Of a stretch of DNA of 64,000 bases, positions 36,688 through 48,011 are shown in pieces. The DNA is from Bacillota bacterium (lineage in GTDB: Bacteria > Bacillota > SHA-98 > UBA4971): assembly GCA_035593725.1 (NCBI GenBank), contig DAOSZN010000010.1, positions 2,308 to 66,307 on the forward strand. The letters run 5' to 3'. The notes under the pieces are model-generated. The model had not been told where the DNA came from. It did not search any database and saw nothing but the letters and a program-made list of their open reading frames with translations. The stretch's first letter is position 1; every line of letters begins with the position of its first letter. The translations under genes and the position numbers were made by a program.

Positions 36688-37848
36688 TTGTGGATACAAG
36701 AAGTTTTGGAAAGAGAGTCTCAGTATATATCAGCATATAGAGATATAGTCGAAGACGAGGGATTCCGCATGAGAGGTGCCTGCTATATGCATCCACAAGG
36801 ATATACTGAATCCGGTTGTTCGAGGACGGAGGAATGGAGGCCGGAGGAAATCTTATTCCATTATGGTTTTTTTCCCGTAGATAAAGTGATCCCTCTTAAA
36901 GGCGGTACTGCAAACAGCAATTTCCTTGTGGAAGCTGCAGGCAAACGTTTAGTGTTAAGAGTTAGGAACCTCAACTATTCAAAGGAGAGCTCAGTCTTAT
37001 ACGAACAGGCATACCTTAATCATCTTTCTCTAAAAGGCTTGCCTGTTCCCATTCGGCAAAGGACCAAGGATGAGTCCGGTTTTGTATGGCATAACGGGAG
37101 AATATGTGAGGTCTTTACATTTTTGGAAGGGGAGGCCTTTGACCCTACGAATTGGGAGGACCTGCGTTCAACCGGGTTATTCCTTGGCAAACTGCACAAT
37201 GCATCCGGGGACTTCATCCCCCCGTGCAGAAAGGATATACCTCGTTATGATGATCCTTGTCTTTCCATGCTGATGCTGGACTCTTTGGACAATACGCCTG
37301 ACTGCACTGGAATTGGTAAAAACGCAAAACAGGATATTGAGTACCTGAAGAGCCAGTTGAATAAGATCATGAGTGAACTTCCGGACCCGGTATATTATTC
37401 GCTTCCTAAAGCTGTAGTTCATGGGGACTTCCATCCGGCCAATTTGTGCTTTAGGGATCATGCTGTTGCAGCAATTTTTGATTTTGACTGGGTTAGCGTA
37501 CAGCCCAGGCTCAGGGACATTGCAGACGGAATTCTCTATTTTGCTGCCAAACGGAAGGCTCCTATTGACGGAAATGACATCTACTCGCTTACTCAGGTAT
37601 GCAGTATGAGTCTTGAGAGGTCTTGTGCCTTTGTCAATGCATATAAAGAAGCATCTTTTGATAGTCTCTGTGATGCTGAATTAAGGGCTCTTCCATCTTT
37701 CCTGAGGGCCAGATGGATTCATAGCAGACTACAGGCCACTCAGAAAGTGCCCATGTGTGAAAAAGTAAAGGTGCTGACAAACGAAGTAAGGGGCCCGCTT
37801 GAATGGCTGGATGAACACGAAGATGCGCTTATATGGGACTTGGCTTAA
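36688..37848 (+). CDS. APH/CotS/choline-kinase-family phosphotransferase (small-molecule kinase)
   Basis: Brenner motif HGDFHPANL and IFDFDW (DFD) of the aminoglycoside phosphotransferase fold; start uncertain. Confidence 0.65.
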   Translation: MWIQEVLERESQYISAYRDIVEDEGFRMRGACYMHPQGYTESGCSRTEEWRPEEILFHYGFFPVDKVIPLKGGTANSNFLVEAAGKRLVLRVRNLNYSKESSVLYEQAYLNHLSLKGLPVPIRQRTKDESGFVWHNGRICEVFTFLEGEAFDPTNWEDLRSTGLFLGKLHNASGDFIPPCRKDIPRYDDPCLSMLMLDSLDNTPDCTGIGKNAKQDIEYLKSQLNKIMSELPDPVYYSLPKAVVHGDFHPANLCFRDHAVAAIFDFDWVSVQPRLRDIADGILYFAAKRKAPIDGNDIYSLTQVCSMSLERSCAFVNAYKEASFDSLCDAELRALPSFLRARWIHSRLQATQKVPMCEKVKVLTNEVRGPLEWLDEHEDALIWDLA

Positions 37849-37867
37849 TTGTGGGAGGCAGGATAGC

Positions 37868-39244
37868 ATGAGATCAGACATAAGGATTTTAAATGTAGAC
37901 TGCGAGTTCAAGGATGAGGTTTTCAGAGTGCCTTTGGCCTTTGGATCGGGTGTGATTGATAGTATTACCTCGTTTACTGTACGTGTAGAAGTGGAAAACC
38001 GAATCGGTAATCATGCAACCGGTGTTGGAAATGTTCTTCTAAGCGATCTTTGGGCTTTTCTCGCACATAACGTAAGTCATGAAAGAAAAGACACGGCTAT
38101 GCGAGAGGTAGGACGCTTGTATGCAAGGAAAATCTTGGATTATCAGGAATATGCCCATCCTCTCGATATCTATCTTGAAACTATCGAAGATCTTAAGACA
38201 ATCGCTCGTCAAGTAGAAGCGGAACTTGGCTTGGAATCCCCCATACCTTTGCTCGCAGCTAAATTATGCGCATCTCCCGTTGATGCGGCTATCCATGATG
38301 CCTTCGGCAGAGTAAACGGCATATCATCGTACGACGGTTACGGACCGGAATTCATGTCCAGGGATTTAGGCGTCTATCTTGGTCCTGAATTCAAAGGCAG
38401 ATATCTGGCGGATTATATCAAGAAATCATATGAACCCTATATCCCTGTCTTTCACCTTGTGGGCGGCAAAGATCGATTAAGACAAAGCGAAATAACCGGT
38501 TCAGATCCTGAGGATGGTTTTCCTGTAAGCCTTGATGAATGGATAAAGAAGGATGGGATCTTTTGTTTCAAGATAAAACTGAGAGGAAATGATCTTGCCT
38601 GGGACATTCAGCGCATTGCTGATATCAATGAAGTAGTCAAAGAAAATGTCCTATTCATGGGCACTGATAGTGGCTCCTCAGGATCATGCAGGTTTTTTTA
38701 TTCAGTGGATACCAATGAGATGTGTGAAAGTCCTGAATATATGATTGAGCTCTTAGAGAAAGTCAGGGAGTATAGCCCTGAAGCATTTCAGGCAATTCTC
38801 TATCTTGAACAGCCTACTGAGCGCGACCTTAGTGCCCATAGATTTGACATGAAAAAACTTGCAGCGATCAAGCCGGTCTTAATCGATGAAAGCGTGACAG
38901 ATCTGGAGTCTATAGATGTAGCGCATGATCTGGGCTGGTCAGGCGTTGCCCTTAAGACCTGCAAAGGTCAATCTTTTACACTCCTCAGTCTTGCAAAATG
39001 CCGGAGTCTGGGGATGATGTATTCTGTTCAGGACCTCACAAATCCCGGCTTTTCCCTTATTCAATCGGTGGGGCTTGCGTCACGCATATGCCCTGTAAAG
39101 GGGGTGGAGTACAACTCGCGCCAATACATTCCCCTTGCAGATCGAGAGATTCAGAAGATACACAAAGACGTTTTTGAGGTGCGGAAAGGACGTGTAGGCA
39201 CGGCTAGCCTTGATGCCTTAGGTTTAGGCTATCGATGCGGTTAA
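37868..39244 (+). CDS. Enolase-superfamily (MR/MLE-type) enzyme, divergent with long N-terminal domain
   Basis: Ordered motifs FKIKLRG (KxK), SVDTNEM (DxN), YLEQP, IDES, ALKTCKG (KxxK) match MLE-subgroup catalytic/metal ligands; KxK unusually far (~240 aa) from N-terminus. Confidence 0.6.
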   Translation: MRSDIRILNVDCEFKDEVFRVPLAFGSGVIDSITSFTVRVEVENRIGNHATGVGNVLLSDLWAFLAHNVSHERKDTAMREVGRLYARKILDYQEYAHPLDIYLETIEDLKTIARQVEAELGLESPIPLLAAKLCASPVDAAIHDAFGRVNGISSYDGYGPEFMSRDLGVYLGPEFKGRYLADYIKKSYEPYIPVFHLVGGKDRLRQSEITGSDPEDGFPVSLDEWIKKDGIFCFKIKLRGNDLAWDIQRIADINEVVKENVLFMGTDSGSSGSCRFFYSVDTNEMCESPEYMIELLEKVREYSPEAFQAILYLEQPTERDLSAHRFDMKKLAAIKPVLIDESVTDLESIDVAHDLGWSGVALKTCKGQSFTLLSLAKCRSLGMMYSVQDLTNPGFSLIQSVGLASRICPVKGVEYNSRQYIPLADREIQKIHKDVFEVRKGRVGTASLDALGLGYRCG

Positions 39245-39306
39245 CTGCGTAGAGTGCCGATATTGTCTATCGTGCAATAAATGGTCTTAATGATGAGGTG
39301 ATATAA

Positions 39307-40227
39307 ATGTTTAATATCGGTGTAGTAGATCTTGATACATCGCATCCGGTTGCCTGGGTCCCGAAGATCAACGCGTATGACGACATGAGAGTAACTGCTG
39401 TGTGGGATTCAGGGGCTGTCAATCCAAGAAAATACGTAGAAGAATTTGCTGAGGAAAACCAGGTTGATACTATAGCAGAAAGCGTTGAAGCAATGGTCCC
39501 ACTCGTAGATGCAGCCATCATACATGGAGTGGATTGGGATGTTCATGTAGATAAGGCAGCCCCGTTTATCGAGGCAGGGAAACCGGTTCTCATAGACAAG
39601 CCGATGGTTGGGAAAATGCAGGACGTGGACAGGCTCATCGCGTTGCAGAAAAAGCATCCTGATGTGCCCATCATGGGTGGATCCAGTGTTCGATTCTCAC
39701 AGGAGATTGCTGCACTGAAAGCACAGAAGAATGAGTTGGGAGATATCATATTTGCGTTTGCAAGTGGGCCTGGAGACTTCTTTAGCTATGGCATACATAC
39801 AATTGAAATGTTTCAGGGGTTTTTGGGCGCAGGTGTAAAGAGTGTGAGATACTTGGGTGCTAAGAAGAAGAGTGAGTTCTTTGAAGCCGTATATTTTGAC
39901 GGCACCATCGTCGTTTATCAGATGACCGCTCCGACACATGAATGGTTTTTCAGTATTTCTACATCAAAAGGTATCAAGTCAACCTTTGTTGATGCATCAA
40001 AAATATATGATGCCATAATTGAGCAGTTCCACAAGATGCTTTGTAATGGACAGGCCCCGCTTCCGATTGAAGACTTTTTAGAAGCAGTCAAGATTCAGCT
40101 TGCTGCCAGGATTGCCCGGGGTACAAGCATGCCTGTTTATCTCGATGAATTGCCATATGATGAAGGGTTCGACGGCAAAGCCTATACAACTCAATACCGA
40201 ATTGGCAAGTGGGGAGGGAAATACTAG
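39307..40227 (+). CDS. Gfo/Idh/MocA-like protein lacking canonical GxGxxG
   Basis: Family-like architecture but N-terminus NIGVVDLDTSHP replaces the Rossmann glycine motif. Confidence 0.45.
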   Translation: MFNIGVVDLDTSHPVAWVPKINAYDDMRVTAVWDSGAVNPRKYVEEFAEENQVDTIAESVEAMVPLVDAAIIHGVDWDVHVDKAAPFIEAGKPVLIDKPMVGKMQDVDRLIALQKKHPDVPIMGGSSVRFSQEIAALKAQKNELGDIIFAFASGPGDFFSYGIHTIEMFQGFLGAGVKSVRYLGAKKKSEFFEAVYFDGTIVVYQMTAPTHEWFFSISTSKGIKSTFVDASKIYDAIIEQFHKMLCNGQAPLPIEDFLEAVKIQLAARIARGTSMPVYLDELPYDEGFDGKAYTTQYRIGKWGGKY

Positions 40228-41178
40228 ATGAAGAAAGTGAATGTGGGACTGGTTGGAGCGGGAATCATGGCTAATTCAGTTCATTATCCATCTCTTGCGG
40301 AGTTTCCCGATGTTAACATGGTGTCTCTATGCGATATTGTAGAGGACAAGCTCAATAACACTGCAGACAAGTTTGGGATACCAAATAGGTACTCTGACTA
40401 CCGTGAGATGATAGACAAAGAGCCTCTGGAAGCCGTATACATTCTAATGCCTCCGCATCAGTTGTTTGATATTACTGTTTATGCTCTCAAGAAGGGGCTT
40501 CATGTCTTCATTGAGAAGCCACCTGCAGTTACCACGTTTCAGATTAAGTCCCTGGAGAGGATTGCACGCAAGAACGGGTGTATCACTATGGTAGGTTTTA
40601 ATCGAAGATACATTCCAATGATGACTTATGCCAAAGATTACGTGGAGAAACATGGAACAATAAATCAAGTAGTGGCTACATTTTATAAGCGAAGCTCTGC
40701 CGTGTATTACGACGGCGCAGTGGATGTGATTGGCTGTGATGCCATTCACGCTGTGGATGCTCTTCGGTGGATGGCAGGAAGCGACGTTGCTGACGCAGTG
40801 TGTCTTGTTGGCCAGTGTGAAGATGTCGTGCCTAATAGCTGGAACGCTATTGTGCGCTTTGAAAATGGCGTGTCCGGCGTTTTGCTGACCAATTGGAATG
40901 TGGGGACAAGGGTTCATACATTTGAAATCCATGCTCCGGGTGTCAGCGCTTTCCTGAATCCTGATGACAAGGGATATCTCTATAAAGATGATGAAGTCAC
41001 AACTCTTGACACAAGAGAAATCGCAAATAGCTCGGAGAATTACAAGTACTATGGTTTTTTCCAAGAATCCCGTCACTTTATTGACTGTATAAAGTCCGGC
41101 GAGGAGCCATCTAGTAGTTTCAGGGATGCTGTGAAAACTATGGAATTAGTGGATATGCTAAGGACCACTGTGATTTAA
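40228..41178 (+). CDS. Gfo/Idh/MocA-family oxidoreductase
   Basis: VGLVGAGIMAN NAD-binding motif, EKP motif (FIEKPPA), GFNRRY. Confidence 0.75.
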   Translation: MKKVNVGLVGAGIMANSVHYPSLAEFPDVNMVSLCDIVEDKLNNTADKFGIPNRYSDYREMIDKEPLEAVYILMPPHQLFDITVYALKKGLHVFIEKPPAVTTFQIKSLERIARKNGCITMVGFNRRYIPMMTYAKDYVEKHGTINQVVATFYKRSSAVYYDGAVDVIGCDAIHAVDALRWMAGSDVADAVCLVGQCEDVVPNSWNAIVRFENGVSGVLLTNWNVGTRVHTFEIHAPGVSAFLNPDDKGYLYKDDEVTTLDTREIANSSENYKYYGFFQESRHFIDCIKSGEEPSSSFRDAVKTMELVDMLRTTVI

Positions 41179-41331
41179 ATGGAAATGGTCTTCGATGGGA
41201 ATGTGGCTGTTAGCCGTGAATGCAGGAAGAGAACGCTTTCACCCTTCCTGCATTCACAGCCGGTCTCTTATAAGTACGCTTGTGTCTTTCATAGTATAAT
41301 CAAAGCGAAAAGACTACCTGGGAATGGGGTT

Positions 41332-42282
41332 ATGACAATGTCCAAAAGACACGAGCGTGAGCGCAAGATGCCGGATCTTGTGGAGGTTCCGGAAGAATCA
41401 CGTTTTCAGAAGGTGCTGAGACAGTTTTCTAAGGAGTTGCCGGTGGACTTCAATATTCATATCATCAATCTTTTGGAAGTTGAATGGCAACCTCAATGTG
41501 TAATTGGTAACCATGCTCATGATTACTGGCAGGTGTTTTATGTCATAAGCGGTGCCACTGAATTGCTTTTCGATATGGATAAGAGGTTTTTCCTAAAGGG
41601 CCACGATTTAGTGCTGGTTGAGCCTGGGGTCTTCCATGAGTTCAGGCAGAGCCAAGGTCTTACATGTCGTCTGTTTGATGTGAAGTTTAATTTCTCTGCA
41701 CCTCCGGAAGTTCTTCCGGTGTTCAAGGAAAGCAGTGGCGTAATACGCGATAGGTACGGGCTGTCAAATGCTATTTCGAGGATTCTGGAAGAAGTGGCTG
41801 CCGAAAGAAGCGGATGGGAAGCAGAAGTAATGCTGTCTTTTATGAGTTTTGTGATAAAGGTTTTTCGCATATCAGCAGAACGTCAGCCTGAATCTATGAA
41901 TGACCGCAGTGATGAAATGCTCAAGTTCTTCGATCCGGAGCTGCAGGAGATTGCCCAAAAAACGAAACGATATATAGATACTCACTACGCGGAAGACCTC
42001 AATAGGGAAAAAATCGCTGGTCACGTGTTTGTCAGTCCCAGCTACCTTTCAAGGATCTTTCAGGTTTGCACGGGATATTCTCTCATCGACTATCTGACAA
42101 AGGTTCGTATTGACCAGGCAAAGAAGCTGCTTCATGAAACACAGATTTCCGTGACCGAGGTATCAAGACAAGTAGGCTATAAGAGTCCTCAGTATTTTTC
42201 AAGAGTATTCAAGAAAAGAGAGGGTATACCACCAATTGAATATCGAACCAACTGGATTATGTATAATATGGAATCCGAATAA
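41332..42282 (+). CDS. AraC-family transcriptional regulator (cupin + HTH)
   Basis: C-terminal dual HTH (YLSRIFQ...GYSLIDYL...ISVTEVSRQVGYKSPQYFSRVFKK); longest ORF starts 41179. Confidence 0.8.
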   Translation: MTMSKRHERERKMPDLVEVPEESRFQKVLRQFSKELPVDFNIHIINLLEVEWQPQCVIGNHAHDYWQVFYVISGATELLFDMDKRFFLKGHDLVLVEPGVFHEFRQSQGLTCRLFDVKFNFSAPPEVLPVFKESSGVIRDRYGLSNAISRILEEVAAERSGWEAEVMLSFMSFVIKVFRISAERQPESMNDRSDEMLKFFDPELQEIAQKTKRYIDTHYAEDLNREKIAGHVFVSPSYLSRIFQVCTGYSLIDYLTKVRIDQAKKLLHETQISVTEVSRQVGYKSPQYFSRVFKKREGIPPIEYRTNWIMYNMESE

Positions 42283-42417
42283 CAAGAATCGTATCTGTCT
42301 CTAATTGTACTAAGCTTATTGCCGGTACAGATACGTCATCTTCATTATAAATATAAGCGGTAAGATTTTAAGGAACAAAAAGAAAGAAACCAGGCAGATA
42401 GGGAAGGAGGTAAAATA

Positions 42418-43401
42418 TTGACCAGCTATATTTTGAAGCGCGTTCTCTATGCAATTCCAACGCTTATTCTTATCTCCATCGTTTCATTTGTTATCATCCA
42501 GCTTCCGCCGGGCGATTTCCTTACTTCCTATGTTGCGCAACTGAGTCAAGCCGGAGAGATGGTGGATGAAGCTACAATCGCTGCACTTAATAAGCGCTAT
42601 GGACTTGATCAGCCTGTCTATATTCAGTACTTCAAGTGGGTGTGGGGGATGCTGCACGGAGACTTCGGGCAGTCATTTGAGTGGAATAGACCGGTAGGTT
42701 CGTTAATCTGGGAACGGCTTGCATTTACAGTAGTAATTTCATTAGCCACAATGGTCTTCACATGGATAGTTGCGTTCCCGATTGGAGTTTATTCTGCGAC
42801 TCATCAGTATTCAGCCGGAGACTATATCGTTTCATTCATCGGATTTATTGGAATTGCTATACCTCAGTTCATGCTGGCCCTAATCCTCATGTGGATTGCG
42901 TATGCATACTTTGGCCAAAGTGTCGGGGGCTTATTCTCACCTGCATATGTAGATGCAGCCTGGAGTTGGGCGAAGCTTGTAGACATGCTCAAGCACCTTT
43001 GGATACCGGTGGTTATTGTTGGAATGAGTGGCACTGCAGGTCTAATCCGCACATTCAGAGCAAACCTGCTTGATGAATTGAACAAACCCTATGTGACTAC
43101 GGCAAGAGCTAAGGGGGTTCCAGAGAGGAGATTGCTCTACAAGTATCCTGTAAGGGTTGCAATGATCCCTTTCATCAGCACTGTTGGATGGTCGTTGCCT
43201 GCATTAATCTCCGGCGAGACCATTACGTCAGTAGTGTTGAGTTTGCCTACTACAGGACCTTTACTTTTACGGGCTCTTCAAAGTCAGGATATGTATCTGG
43301 CAGGCAGTTTCATTATGGTCCTAAGTGTATTGACAGTCATAGGGACACTGGTTTCTGATATATTGCTTGCTTGGGTAGATCCTAGAATACGGTACGAGTA
43401 G
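42418..43401 (+). CDS. ABC transporter permease, OppB/DppB type
   Basis: BPD_transp_1 with EAA-like loop; 6 TM. Confidence 0.8.
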   Translation: MTSYILKRVLYAIPTLILISIVSFVIIQLPPGDFLTSYVAQLSQAGEMVDEATIAALNKRYGLDQPVYIQYFKWVWGMLHGDFGQSFEWNRPVGSLIWERLAFTVVISLATMVFTWIVAFPIGVYSATHQYSAGDYIVSFIGFIGIAIPQFMLALILMWIAYAYFGQSVGGLFSPAYVDAAWSWAKLVDMLKHLWIPVVIVGMSGTAGLIRTFRANLLDELNKPYVTTARAKGVPERRLLYKYPVRVAMIPFISTVGWSLPALISGETITSVVLSLPTTGPLLLRALQSQDMYLAGSFIMVLSVLTVIGTLVSDILLAWVDPRIRYE

Positions 43402-43411
43402 GGGGATACCT

Positions 43412-44611
43412 ATGCAACTGAAGAATGGTAAGAGAAGAAACAATGTGAACAGCAAGAAGGCTAAGAAAAATCTGTCACAGGATAGGTTTTGCATCCCCAC
43501 ACCAGGTGAAGAAGATGAATTCAGCGGTGACGAGAGCGTTTATGTGGCATCACAGTGGCAGCTAATGAGGTGGAAATTCAACAAGCATCGTCTGGCAAAG
43601 GCGAGCCTTGTGATTTTGATTATCATTTACCTATGCGCCATTTTCTGCGAATTTTTTGCGCCTTATGATCCGAATAAGTACGATGTGCGTTTTGCCTACG
43701 CTCCTCCTCAAAGAATTCATTTCGTAGGCAAAAATGGATTTAGCTTGAGACCTTTTGTATATGGTTATGAGAAAGAAACAGACCCTGAAACTCTGAGAAG
43801 GATATATACGCCGGATTACGATGTTGAATATCCGATTTATTTTTTCACAAGAGGCACCCCATATAAACTCTTAGGGATATGGCCTACGGATTTACATTTT
43901 ATCGGCACAAAGGAAGGCCATGTTTTTCTTTGGGGAACAGACCGAATGGGGAGAGATATGTTCTCAAGGATACTGTATGGGTCGAGGATTTCCACGTCAA
44001 TTGGACTCATTGGTGTGTTTCTGAGTTTTCTCCTTGGGATTTTGATAGGGGGATTCTCGGGTTACTATGGCGGGCTGTTTGATGTGATTGTTCAGAGGTT
44101 AATAGAATTTATAAGGAGCATACCTACCATCCCGTTATGGATGGCTTTAAGTGCTGCGCTTCCGCCGCACTGGCCCCCTCTTCGCGTGTACCTGGGTATC
44201 ACCATTATCTTATCGTTGATTGGGTGGACCGACCTTGCACGGGTTGTCAGGAGCAAGTTTTTGTCCCTGCGTGAGGAGGACTTTGTGACCGCTGCAAGGC
44301 TTTGTGGAGCAAGCGAACTCAGAATTGTGTTCAGACACATGGTTCCGTCGTTTTTAAGTCACATAATAGCATCTGTTACCCTTTCAATTCCTGGGATGAT
44401 CCTTGGTGAAACAAGCCTGAGCTTCCTGGGTCTTGGGCTCCGTCCGCCGGTGATTAGCTGGGGAGTGCTCTTGCAGGAAGCTCAGAACGTTAGGTCAATA
44501 GCACAGGCGCCATGGTTGCTGTTACCGGGTCTTTTAGTGATCATCACTGTGCTGTCGTTCAATTTCCTTGGTGACGGGCTCCGGGATGCGGCTGACCCCT
44601 ATTCCAGATAG
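43412..44611 (+). CDS. ABC transporter permease, OppC/DppC type with N-terminal extension
   Basis: OppC_N-like region plus permease core; start may be later than 43412. Confidence 0.75.
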   Translation: MQLKNGKRRNNVNSKKAKKNLSQDRFCIPTPGEEDEFSGDESVYVASQWQLMRWKFNKHRLAKASLVILIIIYLCAIFCEFFAPYDPNKYDVRFAYAPPQRIHFVGKNGFSLRPFVYGYEKETDPETLRRIYTPDYDVEYPIYFFTRGTPYKLLGIWPTDLHFIGTKEGHVFLWGTDRMGRDMFSRILYGSRISTSIGLIGVFLSFLLGILIGGFSGYYGGLFDVIVQRLIEFIRSIPTIPLWMALSAALPPHWPPLRVYLGITIILSLIGWTDLARVVRSKFLSLREEDFVTAARLCGASELRIVFRHMVPSFLSHIIASVTLSIPGMILGETSLSFLGLGLRPPVISWGVLLQEAQNVRSIAQAPWLLLPGLLVIITVLSFNFLGDGLRDAADPYSR

Positions 44612-44642
44612 AAACTTGCTTTTAGATAAGGTGGGCGATGAT

Positions 44643-45662
44643 ATGGGTGATAAGCTACTGGAGGTTAAGGATTTAAAGACTTATTTCTTCCTTGACGAAG
44701 GCACTGTCAAGGCTCTGGATGGTGTCAGCTTCTCCATTGACAAGAAAAAGACACTCGGAGTAGTAGGTGAGAGCGGATGCGGTAAGAGTGTCACAGCCCT
44801 GTCTATCCTGAGGGTCTTGGGATCCAAAGGAAAGATTGTGGATGGAAGTATCAAATTGTACGGAGAGGAGTACGGTCCTGAGGGTTATGTTGATCTGTCT
44901 CAACTTGATCCGCACGGTGATGAGATCAGGGCAATACGTGGCAAGGATATAGCCATGATTTTTCAGGAGCCGATGACATCCTTCAGTCCTGTTTACACAG
45001 TGGGAAATCAAATAATAGAAGCCATTTTGCTGCACCAAGACGTGAGCCAAAAAGAAGCGCGTGAGCTTGCAATAGAAATGCTAAGAAAGGTTGGGATTTC
45101 CAGGCCTGAGGAAAGGGTTGATGAGTATCCTTACCAGTTGAGCGGTGGAATGAGACAGAGGGCCATGATAGCTATGGCACTTTCATGTCACCCTAAACTT
45201 CTTATCGCTGATGAACCCACTACCGCACTTGACGTTACTATTCAGGCTCAGATACTTGACCTGATGAGAGATCTTCAAGAGGAATTCGGAATGTCAATAA
45301 TGATGATCACTCATAACCTTGGGGTTGTAGCGGAGATATCTGAAGATGTAGTGGTGATGTATCTTGGAAGGATTGTGGAGAGCGCTCCGGTGGATGAGCT
45401 TTTCCATAATCCTTTGCACCCATACACACAGGCGCTCCTTAAGTCTATTCCAAAAGTAGGCAAAAAGGCAAAAGGGAGACTCGAGACCATTAAAGGGGTG
45501 GTGCCTGATGCGTATAATATACCTCCTGGATGTTCGTTCCACCAGAGATGTCCTGAATTCAAGACAGGACTATGCAATCGCATAACTCCTGACTTGACAG
45601 AGACAGCGCCCGGTCACAAAGTGGCCTGCTTACTGTATAGCGAGGTGGAGAGGCATGGATAA
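44643..45662 (+). CDS. ABC transporter ATP-binding protein, OppD/DppD type
   Basis: Walker [26 protein letters not shown]-terminal oligopeptide/dipeptide TOBE (CxxxC) region; AAGGTGGG SD. Confidence 0.85.
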   Translation: MGDKLLEVKDLKTYFFLDEGTVKALDGVSFSIDKKKTLGVVGESGCGKSVTALSILRVLGSKGKIVDGSIKLYGEEYGPEGYVDLSQLDPHGDEIRAIRGKDIAMIFQEPMTSFSPVYTVGNQIIEAILLHQDVSQKEARELAIEMLRKVGISRPEERVDEYPYQLSGGMRQRAMIAMALSCHPKLLIADEPTTALDVTIQAQILDLMRDLQEEFGMSIMMITHNLGVVAEISEDVVVMYLGRIVESAPVDELFHNPLHPYTQALLKSIPKVGKKAKGRLETIKGVVPDAYNIPPGCSFHQRCPEFKTGLCNRITPDLTETAPGHKVACLLYSEVERHG

Positions 45663-46683
45663 GGGTACGCTCATAGATGTTAGGAATCTCAAGAAATACT
45701 TTCCGATTCATAGAGGGATGTGGAAAAAGACAGTCAGATATGTAAGAGCAGTCGATGACGTAAGTTTTCGGATTAATGAAGGCGAGACTCTTGGGCTTGT
45801 GGGAGAAAGCGGATGCGGAAAGACTACTTGCGGGAGATGCATTCTAAGGGCAATTGAGCCTACAAGCGGCGAGGTCCATTTCAAGCAGAACGGTGAATTT
45901 GCAAACATTGTTGACATGGATAAAGAAGAATTGCGTGCTATTCGTAAAGAGATACAGTTGATATTTCAGGACCCTTATTCTTCACTTAATCCAAGAATGA
46001 CTGTAAAAGATATCATTGGCGAACCCCTCTTGGTGAACGGTATTGCTATTGGAAAGGAACTGGAAGACAGGGTAATTGAGTTGATGAAGAAAGTCGGCCT
46101 TAGGCCTGAATACATGAGGAGATATCCCCACGCATTCAGTGGGGGACAGAGACAGAGGATCGGTATTGCAAGGGCGCTTGCTTTGAATCCCAGACTCATC
46201 GTATGTGATGAGTCAGTGTCAGCTCTTGACGTTTCCATTCAGGCTCAGATACTGAATCTTCTTCAGGATTTACAGGAGGAATACAACCTGACGTATCTAT
46301 TTATAGCTCATGATCTTAGTGTTATTGAGCACATAAGTGATAGAGTAGCTGTCATGTATGTTGGTAAAATAGTTGAGCTGACTGACACTGTTGATCTTTT
46401 TTCCTGTCCCAGGCATCCTTATACAGAAGCGTTACTTTCGGCTGTTCCTAAACCCGATCCCAGGATCAAGACAGATAGGATCCTTTTGAAAGGTGAGGTG
46501 GCAGACCCTGCGAATCCGCCTGATGGCTGCTATTTTCATCCAAGATGTGATTACGCAAAGGAGATCTGTAGTCATGAACCTCCACCCCTTAGGAAGCTTG
46601 AGGGGCAATATGGTAAAGAGAATTATGTGGCATGTCACTTTGCAGAGAGTCTGAATCTTAGGGGTATTGCTGTGTCACAATAA
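45655..46683 (+). CDS. ABC transporter ATP-binding protein, OppF/DppF type
   Basis: [27 protein letters not shown]. Confidence 0.85.
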   Translation: MDKGTLIDVRNLKKYFPIHRGMWKKTVRYVRAVDDVSFRINEGETLGLVGESGCGKTTCGRCILRAIEPTSGEVHFKQNGEFANIVDMDKEELRAIRKEIQLIFQDPYSSLNPRMTVKDIIGEPLLVNGIAIGKELEDRVIELMKKVGLRPEYMRRYPHAFSGGQRQRIGIARALALNPRLIVCDESVSALDVSIQAQILNLLQDLQEEYNLTYLFIAHDLSVIEHISDRVAVMYVGKIVELTDTVDLFSCPRHPYTEALLSAVPKPDPRIKTDRILLKGEVADPANPPDGCYFHPRCDYAKEICSHEPPPLRKLEGQYGKENYVACHFAESLNLRGIAVSQ

Positions 46684-46745
46684 TAGCTTTCGCTTCCTGC
46701 TAAGACTCTCTCATCTTGGAAGTTTGCCTAGAGGGGACATGGGTT

Positions 46746-47987
46746 ATGAGGTTTGAAAGAACGCCAAGCAACAGTAGAGATTTAAGGGTTTCCAATCGTC
46801 TGTTGGTTCTAAATACAATAAGAAAACAGGGTCCTATTGCAAGATACGAAGTCGCAAGGGAAATAGGGCTTACTCCACCCCCTGTGTCAGTTATAGTCAA
46901 CGACCTTATAAAGGCGGGTATTGTGAGAGAGACTGGGTTAGGCGAATCCAGCGGCGGCAGAAGACCTGTTATGCTTGAGCTGAATTCCAGAGCAGGTATC
47001 ATTTTTGCAGTACAGCTCCAAAGGGGAGTGGTGGTGACAGCCCTTGTTGATCTGGCAGGCGATGTTTTGAAGCGTCACTACCTGCATCTCGATACGAATC
47101 TACCTGAGTCTGTAGTAGATGCAATTGTATCGGTTTTTTATAGTTTGCTTGAGGGGACCGGCATATTAAAAGAAAAGGTGTTGTGGTGTGGTATCGCATC
47201 ACCGGGGCTTGTCGATTCATTTCGAGGAGTTGTCAAGCGCTCGTCTAATCTTATGTGGGAGAATGTGCCTTTTGGACCAATGGTTTCAACTAAGCTTGGC
47301 GGTATTCCTGTTCATCTTGAGAATACATCCAATGCTGCTGCCCTTGCGGAAAAGGTTTACGGAAGCGGACAGGGGTATTCAAACCTGGTGTATCTGAGCA
47401 TGTCTGTAGGGGTAGGAGCAGGAATTATCATCGACAATGAGGTCTACGGTGGATCAAACGGATTCGCGGGCGAAATCGGGCATATGGCTTTAATCCCTGA
47501 TGGCGGACCCCGGTGCGCATGTGGACGGTATGGCTGTTTTGAAGCTATGTGCAGTGTTAGGGCAGTTCTGTCTCAGATAAGGTCCTCTGTCGGTGACTTG
47601 ATTCTTACTGCCTATGGTGTGGACACTGAGTGTATAGATATTGAAAGCATTTGTGAATCTCCGCTTCTTAATCTTCCTGAAGTGCAGTCTATCCTGAAGA
47701 AAACAGGATACTTGACAGGAGTGGTAGTTGGGAATCTAATGAACCTCTTTGACCCCGATATTGTGATTATCGGAGGGGAGCTTGCCCGTACCGGTTGTGC
47801 ATTTATGGAAGCTATTGATCAAGCTGCCAGGGAGCGTGCTCTTCTTGAGACCAGCCATGGTGTGCAGATTGTCAGGTCCAGTATGAAAGAAGATCCTCCT
47901 TTGATGGGAGCCTACGCAGTCGCTCTTGATAATGTATTTCAGACTGACCAATGGATTAAGAACCGTAGAAAAGCTTGTGCCAGATAA
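46746..47987 (+). CDS. ROK-family transcriptional regulator (NagC/XylR-like)
   Basis: N-terminal winged HTH, ROK sugar-kinase fold with zinc motif CACGRYGC...C. Confidence 0.8.
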   Translation: MRFERTPSNSRDLRVSNRLLVLNTIRKQGPIARYEVAREIGLTPPPVSVIVNDLIKAGIVRETGLGESSGGRRPVMLELNSRAGIIFAVQLQRGVVVTALVDLAGDVLKRHYLHLDTNLPESVVDAIVSVFYSLLEGTGILKEKVLWCGIASPGLVDSFRGVVKRSSNLMWENVPFGPMVSTKLGGIPVHLENTSNAAALAEKVYGSGQGYSNLVYLSMSVGVGAGIIIDNEVYGGSNGFAGEIGHMALIPDGGPRCACGRYGCFEAMCSVRAVLSQIRSSVGDLILTAYGVDTECIDIESICESPLLNLPEVQSILKKTGYLTGVVVGNLMNLFDPDIVIIGGELARTGCAFMEAIDQAARERALLETSHGVQIVRSSMKEDPPLMGAYAVALDNVFQTDQWIKNRRKACAR

Positions 47988-48011
47988 TTAGCTAAGAGGT
48001 GAATCAGATTG

